Below are positions 50,966 to 60,008 of a DNA stretch of 64,000 bases, in pieces. Source of the DNA: Candidatus Latescibacterota bacterium (GTDB taxonomy: Bacteria; Latescibacterota; CBDEFO01); contig OZ252149.1 in the NCBI GenBank assembly GCA_965248755.1, positions 1,984,001 through 2,048,000 of the forward strand, read 5' to 3'. How positions within the stretch are numbered: the stretch's first letter is position 1; each line of letters opens with the position of its first letter. The position numbers and the translations under genes were made by a program. The notes under the pieces were generated by a model. It searched no databases. It had not been told where the DNA came from and saw only the letters and a program-made list of their open reading frames with translations.

Positions 50966-52959
50966 AGTCCATTGCCCCTCATTCCTGTGAAGAAATCTAC
51001 AATTAGCCACGTCCCTGCCACGACCATCGTCCCTAAGATCAGACCTAAAAAGAAAGGTCGAGTCTTCCTGAATACTGCAGCGCCGCCGTATTTGAGTATG
51101 ACTACCTTCAAGAACCACGCTGTAAAGACGCTAATCCACAGCTGATTTATTAAGAACACGGGGGTGATTACGTAGCCGATGGGATGGATAGGCCACCATA
51201 TAAAGCGGTAGCGCATAAAGGTCAAAAGTGCCATAACAGATGCCCCTGTGCCGGTGGCTATCCATCCTCCGATATCGGGAGTAAGAGCCTCCTTGACCCT
51301 TAAAGTTATGTAAATGAAGTGTACTTTGGGAGCCCCGTTAAAAAACCAGCGGTAGAGGTTGATACCGCCTTCTTCGTATGCAAGGTCCAGCACAATCCAC
51401 ATCGATCCTGCCAAACTCACAACGATGGATAACATCATCGCCCAGAAAAGCGGCCTTCTATTACCTGCAACCACATTGATCAACTTGAGCCCGTTGGCGC
51501 ACGAAGCCATAACAAACGTCCTCATCTCACCGTGCCAGGTCAAGGTGTGCCCCAGAGCAACTAATCCTTTGGGCCCTAAAACAGATGTCCCAAGCCCCGT
51601 TATGACGAAGTCTGCACCCAGCATGGGTGGCCGCATATCAGGCATCCCGCCCTCTGCTGCTACACGAGTCATCGCTGTATAGACGACAAAAGCTCCAAAC
51701 AAGAATACCGGAACGATCCACAAGGGTATTCCGCTGGCCCACAGCCACAAGGTCACAAAAAGGAGCCCTATAACCATCCCAAAGAAAGCGCTCCGGTAAG
51801 ATAGAATCTCGTCCGAGTCGTCAACATCCGGATCGTTCTTGAAGGCTTTCCTCAGGACTCCTTTGAGATGCTCGCGACCTGTCCACAGTCCTAACAGGAC
51901 GAAGGCTATCATAGCTCCCATGCCCTGAAAGAGCAGAAACGGTGAATTTAATGTCCAGTGAGAAATGTAGATACTCGTCATTGTGGTCTGTGGAAGACCG
52001 ATCATATTGAATATACCCTGCTCCAGGATGGCTAACAGGGAGAAGGACCAAATCGCAAGGGCGACGTCGCGGGGTATGAGATAAACGAATCCAATAACAT
52101 GAAAGCGGAACATGAAAAGAATGTGAATTGTCCCGCCAAACATGAACATACTCGGCGCGGCGGCGTGCCCGACTCCAATGCGTATATCTGGAATGAATGG
52201 GTAGTATCCATGGAGGGCCCTTACGCTGTCTATGACAAAAGGGATGGCAAATCCCAGCCACATGACGGGATTTTTGAAAAATGGGGCAAAATAACCACTC
52301 TTGTCGTCCCCTATCATCTCCATAGGTGTCTGAGCAAACGGATAGATCACCCTCTCCCGTTCTACCCACTGTCTCCTTAAAATCACCATCATACATATCA
52401 TCACAAAATACAGGGCAATGGCAAACGAAGACCAGTACAAAAGGGGGCCGATCCATATACCCCACGGTATCGCCTCTCCCCTGGGCAGACCTTCGTAGAA
52501 ATAGTTGATATATTCTGGATCGCGAGGGGATATCCAATCGGGGATATATGGATGAATCAGGTTGACCCAGTCGTTCTCAGGTGTAGCAAAGTAGTATACA
52601 CCCACGATTGCCGGAAGGAGGTGTTCTGTGAGGCCTACAGCCACTATAGACGAAGCTACGATCATCATAATGTATATCGTAACCAATTCGGTGGCTTCAA
52701 ACTCGATCCCCCTTTTGATCAATTTCAAAAGGGGATTTAGTATTGCTACAAGGATAAATAGAAGGAAGAGAGCCCCACCGGTGCTGAAGGCTCCAGCCAT
52801 CCAGGAGCCCATAATCATGGCATCGCTGTATGGGGCGGCTATGGATATAAAAAAGGAGAGCGCTGCTCCCACAACAAAAGATCTGACGGTAAAACGTCGA
52901 GGCGGTCTGTTCTGACCAACGGTATGATCGGTATTGAATTCCTCAGTCCTTGTCTCCAT
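50953..52959 (-). CDS. multi-pass membrane transporter (DUF6785/DUF6784, OPT-like), tandem copy 2
   Basis: Many TMs; YYFATPEN.W, FYEGL, LRRQWVERER..YP, WWPIHPIGY and RPFFLGLILG. Confidence 0.75.
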   Translation of the reverse strand: METRTEEFNTDHTVGQNRPPRRFTVRSFVVGAALSFFISIAAPYSDAMIMGSWMAGAFSTGGALFLLFILVAILNPLLKLIKRGIEFEATELVTIYIMMIVASSIVAVGLTEHLLPAIVGVYYFATPENDWVNLIHPYIPDWISPRDPEYINYFYEGLPRGEAIPWGIWIGPLLYWSSFAIALYFVMICMMVILRRQWVERERVIYPFAQTPMEMIGDDKSGYFAPFFKNPVMWLGFAIPFVIDSVRALHGYYPFIPDIRIGVGHAAAPSMFMFGGTIHILFMFRFHVIGFVYLIPRDVALAIWSFSLLAILEQGIFNMIGLPQTTMTSIYISHWTLNSPFLLFQGMGAMIAFVLLGLWTGREHLKGVLRKAFKNDPDVDDSDEILSYRSAFFGMVIGLLFVTLWLWASGIPLWIVPVFLFGAFVVYTAMTRVAAEGGMPDMRPPMLGADFVITGLGTSVLGPKGLVALGHTLTWHGEMRTFVMASCANGLKLINVVAGNRRPLFWAMMLSIVVSLAGSMWIVLDLAYEEGGINLYRWFFNGAPKVHFIYITLRVKEALTPDIGGWIATGTGASVMALLTFMRYRFIWWPIHPIGYVITPVFLINQLWISVFTAWFLKVVILKYGGAAVFRKTRPFFLGLILGTMVVAGTWLIVDFFTGMRGNGLYVL

Positions 52960-53026
52960 AAATTAAAACAAAGGTCCTTACACTCTTCTGATGTGGTATA
53001 TAAGCTATTATAAATGCGCCAGTTCC

Positions 53027-55015
53027 CTATAAGACCTGAAGTCCATTTCCCCTCATCCCTGTGAAGAAATCTACAATGAGCCACGTCCCTGTCACGACCA
53101 TCGTCCCTAAGATCAGACCCAAAAAGAAAGGTCGAGTTTTTCTGAATACTGCAGCGCCGCCGTATTTGAGTATGACTACCTTCAAGAACCACGCTGTAAA
53201 AACGCTAATCCACATCTGATTTATTAAGAACACGGGGGTGATTACGTAGCCGATGGGATGGATAGGCCACCATATAAAGCGGTAGCGGATAAAGGTCAAA
53301 AGTGCCATAACAGATGCCCCTATGCCGGTGGCTATCCATCCTCCGATATCGGGAGTAAGAGCCTCCTTTACCCTTAAAGTTATATAAATGAAGGGTACTT
53401 TTGGAGCCCCACCGAAAAACCACTGGTAGAGGTTGATTCCTCCTTCCTGATATGCAAGGTACAGCACAATCCACATCGATCCTGCCAGGCTCACAACGAT
53501 GGAAAGCATCATCGCCCAGAAGAGCGGCCTTCTATTACCTGCAACCACATTGATCAACTTGAGCCCGTTGGCGCACGAAGCCATAACAAACGTCCTCATC
53601 TCACCGTGCCAGGTCAAGGTGTGCCCCAGAGCAACTAATCCTTTGGGCCCTAAAACAGAGGTCCCAAGCCCCGTTATGACGAAGTCTGCACCCAGCATCG
53701 GTGGCCGCATATCAGGCATCCCGCCCTCTGCTACTACACGGGTCATCGCTGTATAGACGACAAAAGCTCCAAACAAGAATACCGGGACGATCCAGAGGGG
53801 TATTCCGCTGGCCCACAGCCAAAAGGTCATAAAAAGGAGCCCTGCAACCATCCCGAAGAAAGCGCTCCGGTAAGATAGAATCTCGTCCGAGTCGTCCACG
53901 TCCGGATCGTTCTTGAAGGCTTTCCTCAGAACTCCTTTGAGGTGCTCCCGACCTGTCCACAGCCCTAACAGGACGAAGGCTATCATAGCTCCCATGCCCT
54001 GATGGAGCAGATACGGTGAATTAGATGTCCAGTGAGAAATATAGATGCTCGTCATTCTGGTCTCTTGAAGACCGATGATATTGAATATGCCCTGCTCCAC
54101 GTTTGCAAAGAGGGAGAAGGACCAAATCGCAAGGGCGACGTCGCGGGGTATGAGATAAACGAATCCAATAATATGAAAGCGGAAATCGATAAGAATGCGA
54201 ATTGTGTTGCGAAATATGGACATAGAGGAGCCAAGGTTTATATCTGGAAGGAACGGGTAGTATCCTTGGAGATACCTTACGCTGTCTATGACAAAAGGTA
54301 AGGCAAATCCCAGCCACATAACTGGATTTTTGAAAAATGGGGCAAAATAACCACTCTTGTCGTCGCCTATCATCTCCATAGGTGTCTGAGCAAACGGATA
54401 GATCACCCTCTCCCTCTCCACCCACTGCCTCCTTAAGATCACCATCATGCATATCATCACAAAATACAGAGCAATGGCAAACGAAGACCAGTACAAAAGG
54501 GGCCCGATCCATATACCCCACGGCATCGCCTCTCCCCTGGGCAGCCCTTCGTAGAAATAGTTGATATATTCTGGATCGCGAGGAGACATCCAATCGGGGA
54601 TATATGGATGAATCAGATTGACCCAGTTATTCTCAGGTGTGGCAAAGTAATATACACCGACAATGGTAGGAAGGAGGTGTTCTGTGAGGCCCACAGCCAC
54701 TATGGACGAAGCTACGATCATCATAATGTAGATCGTAACTAATTCGGTGGCTTCAAACTCGATCCCCCTTTTGATCAGTTTCAAAAGCGGATTTATTATC
54801 GCTACAAGGATAAATAGAAGGAAGAGAGCTCCACCAGTGCTGAAGGCTCCAGCCATCCAGGAACCCATGATCACGGCGTCGCTGTACGGGGCGGCTATGG
54901 ATATAAAAAAGGAGAGTCCTGCTCCCACAACAAAAGATCTGACGGTAAAACGTCGAGGTGGTCTCTCCTGGCCAAAGGTATAATCAGTTTTGAAATCCTC
55001 AGTCCTTGTCGCCAT
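53027..55015 (-). CDS. multi-pass membrane transporter (DUF6785/DUF6784, OPT-like), tandem copy 1
   Basis: Near-identical paralog of 50953..52959. Confidence 0.75.
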   Translation of the reverse strand: MATRTEDFKTDYTFGQERPPRRFTVRSFVVGAGLSFFISIAAPYSDAVIMGSWMAGAFSTGGALFLLFILVAIINPLLKLIKRGIEFEATELVTIYIMMIVASSIVAVGLTEHLLPTIVGVYYFATPENNWVNLIHPYIPDWMSPRDPEYINYFYEGLPRGEAMPWGIWIGPLLYWSSFAIALYFVMICMMVILRRQWVERERVIYPFAQTPMEMIGDDKSGYFAPFFKNPVMWLGFALPFVIDSVRYLQGYYPFLPDINLGSSMSIFRNTIRILIDFRFHIIGFVYLIPRDVALAIWSFSLFANVEQGIFNIIGLQETRMTSIYISHWTSNSPYLLHQGMGAMIAFVLLGLWTGREHLKGVLRKAFKNDPDVDDSDEILSYRSAFFGMVAGLLFMTFWLWASGIPLWIVPVFLFGAFVVYTAMTRVVAEGGMPDMRPPMLGADFVITGLGTSVLGPKGLVALGHTLTWHGEMRTFVMASCANGLKLINVVAGNRRPLFWAMMLSIVVSLAGSMWIVLYLAYQEGGINLYQWFFGGAPKVPFIYITLRVKEALTPDIGGWIATGIGASVMALLTFIRYRFIWWPIHPIGYVITPVFLINQMWISVFTAWFLKVVILKYGGAAVFRKTRPFFLGLILGTMVVTGTWLIVDFFTGMRGNGLQVL

Positions 55016-55204
55016 AAATTAAAAAAAGGTCCTTACAATCTTCTGGTGTGGGATATAATCTATCTATGAAATCATGGCAATTCCGATTTCTGAATATAGC
55101 GATATCTTGCCTCAGAACATCGTTTCATTTTCTCGATAAAAGTGGTAGGTGTTCAAGAAGAGCAACCTATTATGTCCTTATCCTTATTGCCGCGGCTTTG
55201 CAGT

Positions 55205-57016
55205 TCAAGGCGATATGCCGGATAACGAAGCTCCCTTGATTATTCCACTGCCCTCCTGGACTATCACAACTCGATTGGGGGAGAGATTTTCAAACCTTTC
55301 GACGAGGCCGCTTGGCCAGATTACTTCCAACAGATCTACAGTGTCGCTCTTCCCCAGACCGAAGTGAACCCTAAGATCGTTCTGCGATAGATAGCTCGAG
55401 CCGCTTCTGACCTCATTTACCTGCGTCAGTCCCCCACAGTTAACCTTTATCTTTGCTCCTATACCGTCCCTGTTACTTTCAACCCCCACAGTCTTGACCA
55501 TTAACCAGTTGTTTCTGTTGCCGCCTTCGTTGCGCAGAAAAGTAGGAGTATCGTTCAGATTCAGGACGAATATGTCTATATCCCCATCGTTGTCGTAATC
55601 TCCGAAGGAAGCTCCCCTGCTTACCTTTTTGATCAGCAATCCATCTCCTGATAGCTCTGACACTTCGTCGAATGTACCATCTCCCAAATTCTCAAAGAGT
55701 TGATTGGTCTGGGCATAGCTGGTGCCCAGATTTGCTCTATCGTGCTGTGGGAATATATGCCCGTTTGCGACAAAAAGGTCTTTATCCCCATCGTTGTCGT
55801 AATCGAAAAACTCTGTGCCCCAGGCCAAGAATTTGAAGCTCTCCATCCCTACTCTGGCATCGAAGCTGACATCAGAAAAGAATGCTCCGTTATCGTTATG
55901 ATAGAGAGTATTGGTCTGTTCCGAAAAGTTGGTGACCAAGATGTCCTGGTAACCATCGTTGTCGTAATCTCCATAGGCGATGCCCATACAATTTTCTGCC
56001 TCGCCGCTTTCGCTGTAGGCCGCACCAATCATCCAGGCTACGTCGATAAATGTCCCGTCACCGTTATTTTCGTAGAGATAATTAGGATGAGTATCGTTTG
56101 CCACAAAGATGTCCTGATCACCGTCATTGTCATAATCTCCACAGATCACGCCGAGACCGAAGAGCATCTTTTCATCCACAACCTGTGCCTCCTCTGTCAT
56201 GTCCGAGAATGTTCCATCTCCCTCATTGCGATACATTATATCCGCACCTCCCTTCATCCCCCGAGGTCCGAAATGGAACTTAAAGCCTTCCCCCTGGTAA
56301 AACTTATCGGGAGTGGTCTCGATAAAATGTTTAAAATCCACGTAATTTGCGACGTAAAGGTCCAGATCTCCATCTGCGTCATAATCGAAAAACGCGCATC
56401 CAGTACTAAAGCTATCATCTCCAACTTTTGCGTAATCTGTGACATCTTCAAAAGTCCCATCTCCTCGGCTTCGATACAACACATTTTTTCCGTAATTAGT
56501 CACATAGATATCCAAGAATCCATCGTTATCGTAATCTCCCACTGCGCAGCCCATCCCCCAACCCTCATCTCCCAATCCCGATTCTTCCGTCACATCGGAG
56601 AACTTGTTGCCATCGTTCCTATAAAGAGCATTTCGGGGATGATTTCCGTCTGGAAACCCCACAACTTTCGATCCGTTCAAAACATACAGATCTAAATCCC
56701 CATCGTTGTCATAATCGAAAAACGCCGATCCTCCCATCATAGCATCCACGATGTATGACTGCTCGCTGTCTCCAGAGACGTTCCTCAAAACGACGCCCAA
56801 ATCCGGTGCTACATCCACGAACTTAACTCGACCGTCCTCCGGAAAGGCTTTGGCAATGCCAGTCTTTTGAGACGATATGCTTCTGTCCTGTGACACATCA
56901 ACTCGATTACCCTCTGGAAGATCTCTGGCACTATTCTTGGAGGACTCTTGGCTCCCTTGACATCCGAGAAACGATACCACAAGCAGCAATATGTACGAGA
57001 GAGTACGCACGACCAT
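55205..57016 (-). CDS. CRTAC1-family (FG-GAP/VCBS repeats + ASPIC/UnbV) putative lipoprotein
   Basis: Lipobox-like FLGC; many DYDNDGDxD repeats; SNRDGIGA, GSSYLSQND.RVHFGLG and WPSG. Confidence 0.9.
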   Translation of the reverse strand: MVVRTLSYILLLVVSFLGCQGSQESSKNSARDLPEGNRVDVSQDRSISSQKTGIAKAFPEDGRVKFVDVAPDLGVVLRNVSGDSEQSYIVDAMMGGSAFFDYDNDGDLDLYVLNGSKVVGFPDGNHPRNALYRNDGNKFSDVTEESGLGDEGWGMGCAVGDYDNDGFLDIYVTNYGKNVLYRSRGDGTFEDVTDYAKVGDDSFSTGCAFFDYDADGDLDLYVANYVDFKHFIETTPDKFYQGEGFKFHFGPRGMKGGADIMYRNEGDGTFSDMTEEAQVVDEKMLFGLGVICGDYDNDGDQDIFVANDTHPNYLYENNGDGTFIDVAWMIGAAYSESGEAENCMGIAYGDYDNDGYQDILVTNFSEQTNTLYHNDNGAFFSDVSFDARVGMESFKFLAWGTEFFDYDNDGDKDLFVANGHIFPQHDRANLGTSYAQTNQLFENLGDGTFDEVSELSGDGLLIKKVSRGASFGDYDNDGDIDIFVLNLNDTPTFLRNEGGNRNNWLMVKTVGVESNRDGIGAKIKVNCGGLTQVNEVRSGSSYLSQNDLRVHFGLGKSDTVDLLEVIWPSGLVERFENLSPNRVVIVQEGSGIIKGASLSGISP

Positions 57017-57067
57017 AAATTCTTCAAGCCTGCAAAAAAGATTCAGAGAGGAAGCTAAACCTCAGTC

Positions 57068-58621
57068 CTATTGATCCATCGTTTCTTGCTTTTGTCTTTT
57101 CAGTCTTCGGAAGATCTCCAGTTCCCTCTCTGCATCTTGATTTCTGCCTAATTTTATATAGGAATCTCTAAGACTATAATGATACTCGGGAATATGGGGG
57201 TCAAGACCGATAGCGAGCTTATACTCATTGATCGCCTTTATGTGTCTGCCCTGTTTGGCATAGCCAACCCCTAAGTCGTAGTGAAATTCCGGATTATCAG
57301 GAGCCACCTTCACTCTACCTTCTAAATCGAGTATCTTATCCTCGCGCAGTTCTCTGAATATCTCCATCTCCTTCTTGCCCTCATCAAATCTGCCCCCTTT
57401 CATATAGGCGTTAGCGAGACTGAAATGCGCTTCTGCATGCTGGGGTTCGAGTTGGATGGCTTTCCTGTATTTTTCGATCGTCTCTTCACCTCTTCCGAGC
57501 TTAGCGTAGACTTTGCCTAAGCTGTGGTGAATATCTGCGTTGTCAGGCTCAAGAAGGATGGCCTGTTCGTATTCTTCTGCAGCTTCGTTGTATTTTTTGT
57601 CTCTTGAGTATATCATCCCTAGATGATAGTGTGTCTGCGCTATATTCGGGTCTATCTGGATCGTTTTCCTGTACTGTTCCGCCGCTTGGTCGTACTTCCG
57701 CTGTCTCTCATAGGCCATGCCGAGATTGTGCTGAAACCATCCGTTGGCAGGAGCAAGTTCCACAGCTCTACGGTGTTCGTTGATGGCTGTTGCAAGTTTG
57801 TCCTGCTCTGAATATACAGCTCCTAAAGTGGCAAGGGACTGCTGGTTGTAAACCAGTCCCAATTTATTGTGCACATCTGCACGGTTCGGATCCAGCTCTA
57901 AAGACCTTTTGAAGGTCTCTACAGCTTCTGGGAGTTTTCCCATTGCCATATAAGCGTTCCCGAGAACGTAATAGATAGACGGCTCATCGGGGAGTAACTT
58001 TAAAGCCACCTGTAATCCTGCTATAGCCTTGGAGTATTCCTGTTTTTCCAGGTAAATCATCCCGAGTCTGTAGTGAGAAAGTCCGTAATTAGGATTGAGC
58101 CTGAGGACCCTTTTAAAGCTTTCTTCAGCTTTGCCTTTCTCCCTATTTAGGTAGTAGATAGCACCCAGACCATGATGCGCAGGGAAGTAGTTGGGATCGA
58201 TCTTAACCACCCTTTCGTAAGCGTCCTTCGCTTGGTCGTATTCTTTGCGTATAAAGGATAGTTTACCTAACTTGTAAAGCGAAGGGACATAGTTCGGATC
58301 GATCTGTATCGCCCTTTCCAACTCCTCTACTGCCCGGGCATGTCTGGATTGTATTAAATAGATAAAGCCGAGGCCGTCGTGGGCGCGGACGCTGTTTGGA
58401 TCTATTTCGATCGCTTTCTTGTACTCTCTTTCTGCGCCTTCATAGTACCCACTTTTCGAAAAGTACCGGCCGAGTTTATAATGCTCTTGGCTCCTCAGGG
58501 AGTCCTCTTCACTTAGTTTCTGCCCGTAAACTTCCCCAGAGCGACATACTATTAAGATAGCTCCAAGAAGGCAGAGGGGTATATTTCGCGCCTTCCAGAC
58601 ATTTGCTAGGTGCGTCAACAT
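57068..58621 (-). CDS. exported tetratricopeptide-repeat protein
   Basis: N-terminal hydrophobic segment and about 13 34-aa repeats (AH..LG..Y...A...Y.KAI..DP). Confidence 0.92.
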   Translation of the reverse strand: MLTHLANVWKARNIPLCLLGAILIVCRSGEVYGQKLSEEDSLRSQEHYKLGRYFSKSGYYEGAEREYKKAIEIDPNSVRAHDGLGFIYLIQSRHARAVEELERAIQIDPNYVPSLYKLGKLSFIRKEYDQAKDAYERVVKIDPNYFPAHHGLGAIYYLNREKGKAEESFKRVLRLNPNYGLSHYRLGMIYLEKQEYSKAIAGLQVALKLLPDEPSIYYVLGNAYMAMGKLPEAVETFKRSLELDPNRADVHNKLGLVYNQQSLATLGAVYSEQDKLATAINEHRRAVELAPANGWFQHNLGMAYERQRKYDQAAEQYRKTIQIDPNIAQTHYHLGMIYSRDKKYNEAAEEYEQAILLEPDNADIHHSLGKVYAKLGRGEETIEKYRKAIQLEPQHAEAHFSLANAYMKGGRFDEGKKEMEIFRELREDKILDLEGRVKVAPDNPEFHYDLGVGYAKQGRHIKAINEYKLAIGLDPHIPEYHYSLRDSYIKLGRNQDAERELEIFRRLKRQKQETMDQ

Positions 58622-59440
58622 CGACTTATCTCCAATGGCGCATTGACTCTTCCGGGTTCAGTTAGCATACAGGCGGGAAGCAACTCTATAGAATTCGCAG
58701 AATCAAATCTCGACTAATATAGGCTGGATACTTTATACTGTCAAGCAAAAAAGAAGATGTGTCGTCAAATTTTGACTTGACTTTTCACGTACAGGAGCTT
58801 ATTTTATCTGCCCGAAAGATAGCGAAAACACGATGGATTTCAATGACAGCAAAAACTGTAAATATAGTCGACAAGAGCCGATTTTGACATAGTGTACCCT
58901 CCTTAGAAGTAGTTATTCAAACCCTCAAAGGCCAGAACACTATCCCATTCAGCTTCTCAAGTTTTAATTGTGCACGCCCCTCGATGAAATGACAAGAAAA
59001 TTGCGTCCTGTCCCCTTTGTCGAACATGTAGTTTTTACTGCCAACACAACGACGAACCGTCCCCGCATTTCCAACGGGTTAACGACCTGAGTTTCGACTA
59101 CGCCTACCGTAAAGGGAAGGAGACTTCGTACACGGGGTCTCGGAAAAAAGAAGCCGTGACTAACCTGGCTTGAAGGACTCCGTTGCGTTGAAGCGATGGA
59201 AAGCGCCCACTGCTTGACTTACGAAAATGTGGTATCAAAGAGGCTTCCACTCTGTCTTGAGTTAGAGGCCCCCCTGACGCACAGTGTGTTTAGTGTAAGC
59301 CAGGAGACATAAGCCTCTTTGAGAAGACATAAGCCTCGTTGTGAAAGCACCTCATACCAAAGATGGTCCAATTTTGATAATGAAAGCAAAAAACTGTTCA
59401 CCCAAAATCAGGAATATCCCTAAGGTTTCCGGGAGAGATT

Positions 59441-59911
59441 ATGTTGATTATCTCAAAAGAGGCGCATGAATTAGAACGGTTTGCGGCATCCCAACTGCAG
59501 GGCTATCTGAAGCGATTGTTCGGTCTATCCGCCACTATTGCAAATTCACCAGGTAGAACGGCGGAATTCTTGGTTATTCTGGGCAATCTGAAGAGCAATC
59601 CTGTTGTCGTCCAAGCTTTGGGCGAAGAGAATTTCCCGCAATTGAGCGAGCAGGGTTTTCTTTTGCGAAAAATAACTTTCATGGACAAGCCCACAATGGT
59701 AATAGTCGGGGGTAGCCCGAAGGCAACACTCTGGGCTGTCTATGAACTGGTCGAACGCTGGGGCGTGCGGTACTTGTTGCACGGCGACGTGCTACATGAG
59801 AATGGAAGTAAGTTCCATCTGCTTGATGTAACCGTCGTCATGGAGCCCACGCTGCGGGCCACGCCCCTTCAAGACCCCAAAAGATTGTGGATCTCTTCTG
59901 CAAGAACCTGA
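59441..59911 (+). pseudogene. N-terminal (GH20/GH67 N-domain-like) fragment of a glycoside hydrolase-type protein
   Basis: ERFAASQLQGYL, EQGFLLR and GGSPKATLWAVYELVERWGVRY; ends before any catalytic domain. Confidence 0.65.
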
Positions 59912-60008
59912 AAAGATACCTGTCTGGAGAGCCGCTCCTAAACGTTGTTGACAAAAAAGCGGGATTCCCTGAACAGCCCTTAATTAAATCCTGATAGGAG
60001 ATACTAAA

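Noticed and set aside
50953..55015. Diversity-generating retroelement template/variable repeat pair
   Set aside because: This is a whole-gene duplication with an indel and many synonymous changes; no reverse transcriptase was seen.
55700..56695. 331-aa plus-strand ORF, and similar antisense ORFs such as 18014..18640, 29588..30139 and 51821..52537
   Set aside because: These are shadow or alternative frames of well-supported genes and have no motifs of their own.
59083..59220. Group II intron or riboswitch
   Set aside because: No recognisable domain V/VI, GUGCG start or aptamer consensus.
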